A stretch of 64,000 nucleotides of DNA from Eledone cirrhosa (Eukaryota): assembly GCA_964016885.1 (NCBI GenBank), contig OZ024742.1:17360001-17424000 (forward strand), read 5' to 3'. The notes under the pieces were generated by a model. The model ran no database searches and had not been told where the DNA came from. It saw only the letters and a list, made by a program, of their open reading frames with translations. A program made the translations under genes and the position numbers. This document shows positions 14,517 through 27,360 of this stretch, one piece after another. Position 1 is the first letter of the stretch; each line of letters begins with the position of its first letter.

Positions 14517-14660
14517 AGGTGGAGGCGCGTGGCCTAGTCGTAGGTTCTATTCCTAGGTTGGGTTGTGTGTTATGTTCTTGAGCAAAACACTTCATTTCAC
14601 ATTGCTCCAGTATCCTCAGCTGAAAATGATTTAAACCTGCGATAAACTGGCGTCCTGTTC
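14517..14660 (+). mobile_element. tRNA-derived SINE family 2, 5' part; its 3' part is expanded into the following satellite
   Basis: ggaggcgcgtggcctagt head and ttgagcaaaacacttcatttcacattgctccagt body. Related copies at 18210-18430 (-), 24975-25070, 45820-46070, 50522-50640 and 57985-58118 (-). Confidence 0.75.
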
Positions 14661-15909
14661 TTGTACTCTCAGTGGCGTTATGACACAACAGTGAAGTACT
14701 GGCCTGGTGAGCTGGCGTCCTGTGAAAGATTAGTCTTGTACTCTCAGTGGCGTCATGACACAACAGTGAAGTACTGGCCTGATGAGCTGGCGTCCTGTGA
14801 AAGATTAGTCTTGTACTCTCAGTGGCGTCATGACACAACAGTGAAGTACTGGCCTGATGAGCTGGCGTCCTGTGAAAGATTAGTCTTGTACTCTCAGTGG
14901 CGTCATGACACAACAGTGAAGTACTGGCCTGATGAGCTGGCGTCCTGTGAAAGATTAGTCTTGTACTCTCAGTGGCGTCATGACACAACAGTGAAGTACT
15001 GGCCTGATGAGCTGGCGTCCTGTGAAAGATTAGTCTTGTACTCTCAGTGGCGTCATGACACAACAGTGAAGTACTGGCCTGATGAGCTGGCGTCCTGTGA
15101 AAGATTGGTCTTGTACTCTCAGTGGCGTCATGACACAACAGTGAAGTACTGGCCTGATGAGCTGGCGTCCTGTGAAAGATTAGTGTTGTACTCTCAGTGG
15201 CGTCATGACACAACAGTGAAGTACTGGCCTGATGAGCTGGCGTCCTTTGAAAGATTAGTCTTGTACTCTCAGTGGCGTTATGACACAACAGTGAAGTACT
15301 GGCCTGATGAGCTGGCGTCCTGTGAAAGATTAGTCTTGTACTCTCAGTGGCGTCATGACACAACAGTGAAGTACTGGCCTGATGAGCTGGCGTCCTGTGA
15401 AAGATTAGTCTTGTACTCTCAGTGGCGTCATGACACAACAGTGAAGTACTGGCCTGATGAGCTGGCGTCCTGTGAAAGATTAGTCTTGTACTCTCAGTGG
15501 CGTCATGACACAACAGTGAAGTACTGGCCTGATGAGCTGGCGTCCTGTGAAAGATTAGTCTTGTACTCTCAGTGGCGTTATGACACAACAGTGAAGTACT
15601 GGCCTGATGAGCTGGCGTCCTGTGAAAGATTAGTCTTGTACTCTCAGTGGCGTCATGACACAACAGTGAAGTACTGGCCTGATGAGCTGGCGTCCTGTGA
15701 AAGATTAGTCTTGTACTCTCAGTGGCGTCATGACACAACAGTGAAGTACTGGCCTGATGAGCTGGCGTCCTGTGAAAGATTAGTCTTGTACTCTCAGTGG
15801 CGTTATGACACAACAGTGAAGTACTGGCCTGATGAGCTGGCGTCCTGTGAAAGATTAGTCTTGTACTCTCAGTGGCGTTATGACACAACAGTGAAGTACT
15901 GGCCTGATC
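14661..15909 (+). repeat. 75-bp tandem satellite, about 16.6 near-identical copies
   Basis: ttgtactctc recurs every 75 nt from 14661 to 15861, with no spacers. Confidence 0.97.
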
Positions 15910-16184
15910 AGCCGCTTGCGGCAGATCTTAGACTTAGACTTTCTTTTAAAGGGAACAATTCTACACGAAAAGAGAAAATTAGACTTTGTAACGTTAATTC
16001 TCCTTCCCAAATCGAGAATTGTGTCTACGATGTTATCCTTGTTTATATATTGGTATTTTGTTTGGGTGTCCAGGTTTCTACCAAATGATAGTCGTATGAC
16101 AAAGTTATCGTAAGAGTGGCATAATATTTTATTAGCTTGCGAATCATATCATTTTTGTTGATGATATTTTTTAAGAAATAGTTA

Positions 16185-16390
16185 TTTCTACATCAGACAC
16201 AAGGACAGCAATTTGAAGGGAAAAGTTTATTAAATCGACCCCTTACTGGTACTTTATTTATCGACCTCGTAAGGATGAAAGGCAAAGTTAACCTCGGCGG
16301 GAATTTAACTCAAAACATAAAGAGACGTAACTACATGCCGCAAAGCATGTTGTCCGACGCTCTACCGATATTGCTAATCCACCGCCCTTA
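16185..16390 (-). mobile_element. SINE family 1 copy
   Basis: Reverse complement of the head, core and tail. Confidence 0.85.
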
Positions 16391-18141
16391 AAAGAAATCG
16401 TAATAAATAAATGGTCAACGTTTCATTTAACAGCTTTCACATAAGGGGCAGATGGATGGACTTAGGGATACATTACTTCAAATAAAAGGAAGTGGGGATA
16501 AACAAATTTATTAGTGACATATAGCCATCTGCTTAAGGTCTCATGAGATATTACTTTGATCTGTGATCTTACTGGTGTTACCTGTGACTAACTCTGCCAT
16601 CTAATATTTCAAACTTCTTTGAGAAAGTTGTTAAAATTTTGTTCACTTTTTCTCATAAATCAATTTGTAAAATAAACATAATAGATATGATAAACTTCTG
16701 CTCACAAATGTTCCACAGGGTTGTGAGAAACTTTGTTTGGAAGATCCCTAATAAATGCACATGTTTTCAAAACGGGATCACAACGACCTATTTCTTCCAT
16801 TAGTAACTCAAAAGTCAGGTTATAGTTTGCTTTAGCAATGTGGCATTTGTATTGCAACTAAAAAACTTTCTTCAATTCAGAAAGGGATCTTTGTGTGTAA
16901 AACTGTGACGTGCATAGTCTATAAAACCTTAACACAGATATATGTAGGAGACGGTAGAAAATGAAATTATATTACTACAGATACATTTCGACAACTCTGC
17001 CAAGGTCAACACATTGTTCATCGTTATTTCATCGTTATTTCGAAATTTATTCGTTTGTAATAGTATCTTATTAAAGAATACCGCAAGTTATTGTCAGTAT
17101 TTTACTATGTTTGGGATGAAAATGTCAGCAAGAAAAATTTTAAACTTTAGGGGCTTAGTTAATAAGTGTCTGTTTTGACATATTCTATAAAGGAATAGCA
17201 TCAATATTATTTCCAATTCTTACCATATTTATATCAATTGTATTTTCCCTACCAATACATATATTACATATGCCACCCTGCTGCCGAACTTTTATCCTTA
17301 CATGAAGGTTTTATGAATATACGAGTATTTTCTGTTTCCTAAAATATATGAAATAAAGCAATATCATAAAATATGTCACAAAATTTATTTCAAGTTGCTC
17401 AATTATATCATATAGAGCTATTTCTTAAAAGCATGTCATACAATAAATTCTCAGGTGTGAGATCGTAAGTTTTACATAAAACCTATTATAAATATGCATC
17501 GATAACTTTTTATATATGTATTGTACACAGAAATATATTTGGAATAGATTTTACTAGATCGATAGATTTTTCTCGATCGATATTGGTTAAAAGAAAAAAA
17601 AGTAATATTGAGGGTTACTCTTGTAATATAGGAAAGCATTAATATTTTAAGTGCATAGAGATGTCATATACATTGTAGCTGTATATATTACCTTATTTTT
17701 TACATTACAGTTATTGGGCTATCAGTTCAGGTATATCATATTCGATTGTGTTATTGGATACTTAAAATATCTCTTCGGTAGAGATTTTGATTTTCAAGAA
17801 GACAGAATATATTAGAGTATTTTCTATTTCATTGGAACTTTGAAGTGAATCCAATTTGAAGGTGGCTCCTCTCGAATATGACTCCGCTGTTTCGAATACC
17901 GATTATAATTAGTTTCAACAATAATTTCATTTCTTGAAAATAGGATAGGTATTCCCTTAATTGTCAGTTTCTATAATCATTTTAGTTCTCTTACCTTCGT
18001 ACAAAGAAGATCATTTCATTATCTTTTCTTCTGGGTACTCTAAACAATGAAGAAACACGTACTCTTTTATAAATAAAATATTCAACCGTTTTGTGCATGT
18101 TTTCCTATGCGTGAATAATTTCAAAGACATACCACTACGTA

Positions 18142-18212
<71 letters not shown>

Positions 18213-18734
18213 CTGTCGTAAGCTAGAAGGCTCATTTGGCAGGTGCTTATCCCGGTTTCATGGCGTGAAACTACTGATAGTAGAATACTTCCTCCTGGAC
18301 AGAACGCCAGTCCATTGCAGAGTTAAACCGCCAGCTGGTACTCATTTTCAGCTGAGTATACTGGAGCAACGTGAAATGAAGCATTTTACTCAAGAACACA
18401 ACACGCAACTCAGGAATCGAACCCACGACATAACACGTATCTTTTAATATCGATTCAAAATTCTAAATATATTTACGTATCTGAGCATCTGCTATTGTGT
18501 ATGCTCGTCTATGTTTACTTGTGTATGTTGATTGTGAGTGTAATGTTGTATACGCAGATTTTATTTGTATTACATATGCGTAACACTAATGAATATCTGT
18601 GTGCGTATGTAGGCCACAGTGTGTGTGTGTGTGTGTTCAACAATTAAAATGAGAAATAAATGACTTATCCGAGAGATGAATACCTATGTGATGAGGAATG
18701 GATGCAAGTGAAATTATTGGTCCATCCTACATCA

Positions 18735-19075
18735 GGCATCTACCATACTCTGAATGCCTTGCTTTCCTGGGCATGGATACATTAAAGCTCCGACGTCTTA
18801 CAACCGACTTGGTAGACATTCACACGATTATTAACCATCTTACAAACAACACTGAGCATCATTTTGAATTCCATTTGTCTAACACCTGTGGACATGCTTA
18901 TAAAATCAGCGAACAGTACATCTTCTATGACTTTTGGAAACATTTTTTCACGTTCAGAGTTGCTGAAACATGGAACAAACTACTTGCATCAGTTGTCAGC
19001 TGTCGGGACATTGCTTCCTTCAAAACTGCCATGTTTTTTGAAATTCGCCAACACTGCACCTGGTATTCCTCTTCC
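18735..19075 (+). mobile_element. CR1-like LINE 3' end fragment
   Basis: LPYSECLAFLGMDTLKLRR..DL, TCGHAYKI and FFTFRVAETWNKL..SVV match the CR1 ORF2 C-terminus. Confidence 0.85.
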
Positions 19076-19191
19076 ATGCACACTCACATACATGTGTGTG
19101 TATGTGTGTGTATCATGACTATACACACTGTTCGCTTCCCTTTTTCACCTTTTGTACCTTATCTAGGTGGGGGGGGGAGGCAGTATAGGTA

Positions 19192-19460
19192 AAGCTGGCC
19201 TTGTGCCTAAAGTAGAAACGATTATTATTGGTGGTTTGGTAGTAAAGTGGTGGATTGACAGTATCGGTAGAGCGTCGGACGCCATGCTTTTCAGCATAGA
19301 GTTACGTTCCTTTACTGTCTGAGTTCAAATCCCGCCGAGGTTAACTTTGCCTTTCATCCTTATGGGGTCGATCAAATAAAGTACGAGTCCTACACTAGGG
19401 TCGATTTAATCGACTTTGCCTTCCCCCAGAATTGCTGGCCTTGTGCCAAAAGTAGAAACA

Positions 19461-19465
<5 letters not shown>
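19192..19465 (+). mobile_element. SINE family 1 copy with (ATT)n tail
   Basis: Full head, core and tail. Confidence 0.85.
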
Positions 19466-19496
<31 letters not shown>

Positions 19497-19696
19497 ATGC
19501 TCACACTAGCAAATCGATAATATTCACAGCAGTCACATTTCTTTGCAGTTCAACATATTGGCAATAATAAGGATACAGTTGGTACTAATTGTAGAAAGAC
19601 GGATTCCCTACAAGAGTTCCTCTTACCAATCTTTTCACGTTTAATATGACGATAAAATAATTCATCCGAGTGAAATATTTATGAAAGATTTCCTCT

Positions 19697-20585
19697 AGTG
19701 TATATGTGTGTGTACATCTGTATATGTGTGTGTACATCTGTATATGTGCGTGTACATCTGTATATGTGCGTGTACATCTGTATATGTGCGTGTACATCTG
19801 TATATGTGTGTGTACATCTGTATATGTGTGTGTACATCTGTATATGTGTGTGTACATCTGTATATGTGTGTGTACATCTGTATATGTGTGTGTACATCTG
19901 TGTATGTGTGTGTACATCTGTATATATGTGTGTACATCTGTATATATGTGTACATCTGTATATATGTGTACATCTGTATATGTGTGTGTACATCTGTATA
20001 TATGTGTACATCTGTATATGTGTGTGTACATCTGTATATGTGTGTTCATCTGTATATGTGTGTACATCTGTATATATGTGTGTGTACATCTGTATATGTG
20101 TGTACATATGTATATATGTATGTACATCTGTATATATGTGTGTACATCTGTATATGTGTACATCTGTATATATGTGTGTACATCTGTATATATGTGTGTG
20201 TACATCTGTATATATATGTGTGTACGTATGTATATATATATGTGTGTACATTTGTATATGTGTGTACGTATGTATATGTTTGTATGTATGTATATATGTG
20301 TGTATGTATGTATATGTTTGTGATCTGTATATATGTGTATGTATGTATATGTGTGTGCATTTGTATATGTGTGTATGTATGTATATGTATGTGTATTCAT
20401 GTGTAACGTTCGGCGTATTATGTAACATTCTCACATTAATCAGAATTATACATATATTATACATATATTATACATATATTATACATGTATTATACATATA
20501 CATATATTATACATGTATTATACATATATTATACATGTATTATACATGTATTATACATGTATTATACATATATTATACATATATG
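19697..20585. repeat. ~20-bp minisatellite (gtgtacatctgtatatgtgt) decaying into (TA/TG)n, followed by an 11-bp repeat (tattatacatg)
   Basis: Direct reading. Confidence 0.92.
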
Positions 20586-20734
20586 ATAACGTTGTTGAGA
20601 CGGTTGGATATGTTTCTTTGGAGATATCTTACGCCTAAATTTAATCAAGTCTCTGTCGATACATCAGTGTTGTGAAATTAAGTATTATGGTAAATTCACC
20701 GGGTTAATGCTCATATAATATGTAGAGACATGTG

Positions 20735-20783
<49 letters not shown>

Positions 20784-20959
20784 ATAGATGTGTGACACAC
20801 GAGTTGTGATATATTAGTAAAAAGGAAAAGAAAATGCTGACAAATTTTTCCCAGTGAAAAATAGTTTAATTAGGAATAAGTATAAATTAGTAATAAGTAT
20901 TGGTTAGTATTCAGTTTTAGATTTAAGTTTTTACCAGTTGCGCATTTCTTATGCTTTTC

Positions 20960-21235
20960 AAAAATAATTTTGAGATAGAGTGCTCGTGATTTTTGCTCTA
21001 ATCAATATGTTGTATCTGGGTTTGAATTTAATGCTCTTGACCAGGTGGAAAAGGTCGTTCTCGAAGGGTTCGGAGGGGAGATTTGTAGGTATTAAATCCG
21101 AATCTCTCCTTGGTGTCGAAGTCCTGATTGTCGCGGTATCCATTTTCTCCAGAACGTTTTTTCGACTTTTCATACGCTATCCTTAGAATCTGCTGTATAC
21201 ATATCACTTTCAACGCTTGACCGGCTCCACTCACT
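20960..21235 (-). pseudogene. Penelope-like element ORF N-terminal fragment (frameshifted)
   Basis: KERFGFNTYKSP followed by PFENDLFHLVKSIKF, which resembles the YGFKS..P..FE.DL..L...IKF region upstream of the RT in invertebrate PLEs. Confidence 0.55.
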
Positions 21236-21413
21236 CCCTCATTGTTCTATAGGCAAGATCAGGCACCCCTACCCCCCACCAAATGCCATGATAGACTTAT
21301 TTGTGGTTACAACAAATTCTGACCAATCCTCTTGACAACTACAATCTTCCCATATAAGGAAGTACCCCTTGACAAGTTCGACTATTTATTCACCAGGCTA
21401 AACATTCTAATTT

Positions 21414-21553
21414 AGTCCAGAAATAGCCGTCGCAACGGCTTGAGGTCTGCCGTCGGGGTCATACTTTTTTCCTATTACCCACTCTACTACCCTAAGTATT
21501 GAGTACTCTGTTGCGTTATGGTCCATCTGGTTCCTGACAACAATTCCTTCGTT
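21414..21553 (+). mobile_element. (TA)n-associated element, family J; copies near 26965, 34911-35132, 39440, 57059, and more diverged at 25150 and 57720
   Basis: Shared sequence agtccagaaatagccgtcgaaacggcttgagctctgccgtcggggtcatac...ccatctggttcc ending at a TA tract. Confidence 0.75.
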
Positions 21554-21978
21554 ATATATATATATATATATATGTTGGTTTCTGATTTAAACACAATGCC
21601 AACGATTTGCGGAGAGGGGAGGTGGATTAAATCAACCCTAGTGCATTACTGGTATTTTATTTTACCCTAAGAATTGAAAGGCAAAGCTAACCACAACACC
21701 ATTTGAACTCAAATATATATATAAGAAAAGTGTATCTTAAGCGAATTTCTTGCCATGTCGTTAGTTCATATTTCTCTATATATTTACGACTAATGAACTA
21801 CTTTAAATGTCTCCATTATTCTATTAATTATTTAAATGTTTTGTGCGCATGCGTTGGTAAAACACTTCAGATTTTTTTTTCCTCATTTCGTGGATCGTGG
21901 GTTGTCTCCCCTTCCCGCTTCGTGTCGATTTAACAGCACTAGGGTTAGAGCCCCTAACTACACACGCTCACACACACG

Positions 21979-22065
<87 letters not shown>

Positions 22066-22084
22066 GTGAGGTTTTTTTTACAGA

Positions 22085-22416
22085 ATGAAAAATAACCGAG
22101 GTGTCCTACACGAGTGAAAGTATAAAGAAAAAAAGATGAAATCAAAAATGCAACTGGAGTCTTATTTTTAAAAAAATGATATATATTTATTTGGTTCCTT
22201 TACCGGTTTAGCAGTTCTTCTGCTTTTCAAAAGTAGAGTTGAGATGGAGGGTCTGTGGTTTTTCTCACATCAGATGTGAGAAAAACCACAGACCCTCCAT
22301 CTCAACTCACCTTTTGAAAAGCAGAAGAACTGCGAAACCGGTAAAGGAACCAAATAAATATATATATTTTAAAAAAAAATAAGACTTCAGTTGCATTTTC
22401 GATTTCATCCCTTTTT

Positions 22417-22423
<7 letters not shown>
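22085..22423. mobile_element. Near-perfect 300-bp fold-back element, family B, in (TA)n
   Basis: 22121-22270 mirrors 22272-22423, centred on ctcacatc-a-gatgtgag. Confidence 0.9.
22310..22347 (+). ncRNA. Variant minimal hammerhead ribozyme (UUGAAAA core, GUA site)
   Basis: cctt-TTGAAAA-gcag-aagaa-ctgc-GAAA-ccgg-TA-aagg: all three stems pair and stem III is the palindrome ACCGGT. Confidence 0.75.
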
Positions 22424-22455
<32 letters not shown>

Positions 22456-23199
22456 TATTTATGGATGTTCATGTTGCCAGTGTAGCAAATAAAAAGAATC
22501 GTACGCACCATATGATTTTCTCTTTATTTCTATTAGTAGTTATTCATTCACTCGTCAAAGTTCTTTCGTCACATATTCTATGACCTCCTCAATGACTATC
22601 TGTTATATTTAGTGCCTCCTTTTCTTCCCGATCTTTAATTTATATTCTATCTGGTCATTCATTTTGATGTACGTTTGTTGTGATACATATCTGTGTATAC
22701 GCCTGCACTTGTCTTTCTGTTTGTCATTATGTGTGAGTGTAGGTTCGTATCTTTCGTTATTTCTGTCTTTTCCCCCAATTCTGCCATCAGTCGTTAGGTT
22801 GCGGGCTGTTAATGTTCCACTAGTGCTTTCTCTTCTGGCTAGTACTATCTTCTATTATAGTTTCGTCAGTCGGTTTCACACAAGATTCCACACCATGAAT
22901 CTTGCAGAACAAATACATGAACGCGCACACACACACACACGCACACACACATGTATGTATATATAAGGACAAAGATCGCATAACTGCTTGTGGAGTCGTA
23001 GAGGCAACATCAGACGGCGTGTCTAGGGCACTTTTAAACCTGGTGGAGCCGGAACCTCTCCAGGTCTGAACACAACCGATTTTTTCTATAGCAGAAGAAT
23101 CGACCCCAGTACTGGACTGGAAGGATGAAAGGCAAAGTTAATCTCGGTGCAATGAGGTGGGCTAGCTACCGTAAAGCATTCTATCCCACGTCATATATA

Positions 23200-23505
23200 T
23201 ATAAGGAAAAAAGATGAAATCGAAAATGCAGCAGGAGTCTTTTTAAGAATATTTATTTGTTTCCTTTACCGGCTTCACAGTTCTAGTGCTTTTCAAAAGT
23301 AGAATTGAGATGGAGGTTTGTGTTTTTTCATGCGAGAAAAACCATAAACGCTCCATCTCAATTCTAATTTTGAAAAGCATTAGAACTGCGAAACCGGTAA
23401 AGGAACCAAATAAATATTCTTAAAAAGACTCCTGCTGCATTTTCGATTTCATCTTTTTTCCTTATAATTTCACTCGTGTAGGACATCTCGTTTTTTTTTT
23501 CATTT
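23200..23505. mobile_element. Second fold-back copy of family B, with the long arm on the right
   Basis: Arms 23200-23330 and 23336-23466. Core TTGAAAA..GAAAccggTA at 23370-23399. Confidence 0.88.
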
Positions 23506-23558
23506 TGAAATATATATATTTCATTTACATATTTCATTTCATAAATATAGATATTTTC

Positions 23559-23641
<83 letters not shown>

Positions 23642-23742
23642 ATTTCCGTAGAAAAGGTAAAGGAAATGGAGTGCTCTTTGTATAGTACAGAGCTATTTAA
23701 TTATGGAATAAACAACACAATACAATTATTCCATTACCCAAA

Positions 23743-23915
23743 GTTTCACGAAGACAGGTGATCTCAACTGAGGCGTCCGATGGCGCGACTTCGTACGCCT
23801 CTGTTGATGAGGTCGCCTGCCTTCGTGAAACCTTGGTTAAAGACCCTCTTCCGGCTATATCAAGCGTTAACCTAATATATCCCTTCCATATACAGTACCG
23901 ATTGTGTTGTTATAC
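23743..23915 (+). mobile_element. Small fold-back element with a degenerate hammerhead-like core; tail shared with 45395-45495
   Basis: Hairpin gtttcacgaag...cttcgtgaaac with TTGATGA..GAAAccttggt, and shared tail accctcttcc..atatcaag.gttaacctaatatat..ttccatatac.gtaccgattgtgtt. Confidence 0.6.
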
Positions 23916-23919
23916 ATAC

Positions 23920-23974
<55 letters not shown>

Positions 23975-24409
23975 CCTACATATGTGATATGTTTTCATAC
24001 ATTATCTGTGTGTCTCAGTAAGGAATGGTGTTATATATTATGGTTGATATAGGTGAAATTAGACTACGGCGGCGCCAATTCCCTATCATACCCACTTGCA
24101 GCTAGCATATCACCAATGAATACATCACCGACAGCGATATCACATCTCCAATAACATCACACCCTCACTTACTGAAGCTCTATTAATGCATCCCCAAACA
24201 TCTCATATTACAGCATTCTAGCTGATTAATATTATATATATATATATAGCCGAGGTTGACTTTGCCTTTCATCCTTACGGGGTCGATAAAATAAAGTACC
24301 AGTAATGCACTGGTTAATTGCTGGCCTTGTGCCTAAAGTAGAAACAATTATATATATATATATATACATACATACATACATATATACGATTATGCAAACA
24401 TGTAGAGAG

Positions 24410-24446
<37 letters not shown>

Positions 24447-25224
24447 AGTATCTATATCTTAATTCCCACAAAACACACATGCTTTAAAAGCAAATTCTTA
24501 TTAATCACCTATTAATGGATATTTCAGAACATGTTTCGTCATAATCAGTTTATTTGATAAATATTTAATCTCCAGATATGTGCCTGTGTGTGTATATATA
24601 TATGTCTGTGTGTGTGTATATATATATGTCTGTGTGTATGTATATATATATGTGTGTGTGACTGTGTGGGTGGGTTTGTGTGTCTGTATGGATGTGGGTG
24701 GAGGGTGTATGTATGCTTACAATAAGACTAAAACGCAAATTTTAAACATCGATGCAGTATTCTCCGCGTGCGTGTATGTATGTATGTATGATTCGCGTGT
24801 ATGTATGTATCGTGTATATGTATGTATGTATGGTGTGTATGTATGTATCGTGTATATGTATGTATGTATGGTGTGTATGTATGTATATATGTATGGTGTA
24901 TATGTATGTATGTATGGTGTGTATGTACGGTGTGTATGTATGGTGTGTATGTATGGTGTGTATGTTTGCATAATGAAGGCGCATGGCTTAATGGTTAGAG
25001 CATTGGGCTTGCAATTGACGGGTTATGTGTTCGATACTCGGACCAAATGATACGTTGCGACTCTGAGTAAGATATATATATACATATATATATATATACA
25101 TATATATATACATATATATATTTACTTGGGATAGTACAGTGTCACTATATTATAAAGCGTCGGGGGTCCAGAGTTAATGCCATTTCGACAGCTAGCTCTG
25201 ATATATATATATATATAACCGTCA

Positions 25225-25678
<454 letters not shown>

Positions 25679-26367
25679 TATATATATATATAAGTTATTC
25701 CGGGTTGAATCGGAGGTAACTACAGTAAGTAAGGTACTCAATACATAGCAGAGTATAAAAGTTTTAATATAGAAGTGCTTCTACAGGACTAGAACTGTTT
25801 CATTCGTGAGAAATCATCAGGGAGCTGGCTGTTCAAGTAAGTAGTGGTATTTATATCCTTTCTTTTCTGGTGGTAGGAGAGGGTGGGGATTGGGATGGGT
25901 GGAGGTCATTGGTTGAAGGATTTAAAGAAAAGGGAGTTCATTAAAAGCTAATTCTTTAAAGCTATAATATTAACAAAGGCAGCAAAAATACTGTAAACCA
26001 AATCATATTTGGAATACCAATCCTAGTTTATCACTTAGACTAACAATGGCTGTAAGACTGGATGGGTGGGGTTCAATGGTTTAAAGAAAAGGGAAATTCT
26101 TTAGTAGCTAATTTTTTTAAGGCTGGAATAAGGGTGACAAAGGCAGAAAGGATTCCACCAACAGTGTTGGGGTGAACTCCGTTATTGTGAAGTTTCTCTT
26201 AATATATATTCCATGTGTCGAGCACATTCATACACTCGCCCATTTACACACGTACACACACATACACGCACGCACACACAGGCAGGCACACGCGCAACAA
26301 ACATACATAATGGTACATACACACATACACATATACAAATATATACACATATATATACAAATATGTG

Positions 26368-26419
<52 letters not shown>

Positions 26420-26682
26420 CATACACGCACACACGCTCTCCTGCATACACACGCATACACACATTCAAACGTACACATATACATACATATATACACACCT
26501 ACGCACATATCTATACATACATACATACAAGCACACGCACACACACACATATATATATATATTTCCTTGAAGAACTGGAATAATTCCTCAAGGAAATAAC
26601 AACACAACCAGGAGCTGGACATATAGATGTGTTGACGGAGTAAAACACACTTCAACAACATGTCTTTCCCACACCAATTACG

Positions 26683-26737
26683 ACTGCCTGAAGAGGTCAC
26701 AGCCAATGATGGCTGTCACCGAAATATATATAGCAGT
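26683..26737 (+). ncRNA. Type I hammerhead ribozyme (CUGAAGA core, AUA site)
   Basis: actgc-CTGAAGA-ggtcacagcc-aatgat-ggctgtcacc-GAAA-tatata-TA-gcagt. Confidence 0.88.
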
Positions 26738-26874
26738 ATATCTATAATTTATAATAAACGAAGCCAAATTTTACATATTTGACTTAATTATTTTACATTA
26801 TTCTGGAGTAAACAAACCAACCTGCGTACTCCAATCTGCCTACTGAGGTATCGGTAAACAACCAACATATACTC

Positions 26875-26959
<85 letters not shown>

Positions 26960-27127
26960 AAAAGAGTCAGGACTGCGGCCGTTTCAAAAGCTAGATGAGA
27001 ACTAAGCCACCTGACTTTTTTCCTATTACCCACTCTACTACTAAAGTATTGAGTACTCTGGTTCGTTACGGTCCACCTGGTATCTTACCACGGCCCATAC
27101 CCTCTTTGCTATATATATATATATATA

Positions 27128-27360
27128 TATATTTATTAAAATAACAGATTAAAGTTTAAGCAAAGAATGTATACAAAGAATGTATACATTCAGAAGATCC
27201 CGTTAAGGGTGAAAGCAGCGATTCTTTGCTTAAACTTTAATCTGTTATTTTAATAAATATTTGCTCTACGGTTCTTATATATTTGATATATATTTTCCTT
27301 ATCGAGCTCTCTTTGGATTTTAGTCTTCAATTTTGTTATTATTACTATTATTATTACTAT
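27128..27360. mobile_element. Fold-back element, family D, with a CAGAAGA hammerhead-like core; copies at 39505-39680, 41955-42072 and 49612-49685
   Basis: Arm 27129-27168 is inverted to 27221-27260. CAGAAGA-T-CCC-gttaa-GGG-T-GAAA lies at 27191-27214. Confidence 0.7.

Noticed and set aside
14661-15909. CRISPR-like array
   Set aside because: The units are contiguous and near-identical with no unique spacers, there are no cas genes, and the context is eukaryotic.
14500-16088. 462-aa and 475-aa ORFs on opposite strands
   Set aside because: Both are translations of the 75-bp repeat, whose length is a multiple of 3. The unit derives from a SINE and there is no other sign of coding.
19585-20675. 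Several ORFs of 200-325 aa rich in Y/T/H/I or V/C/M
   Set aside because: Translations of a minisatellite and microsatellites.
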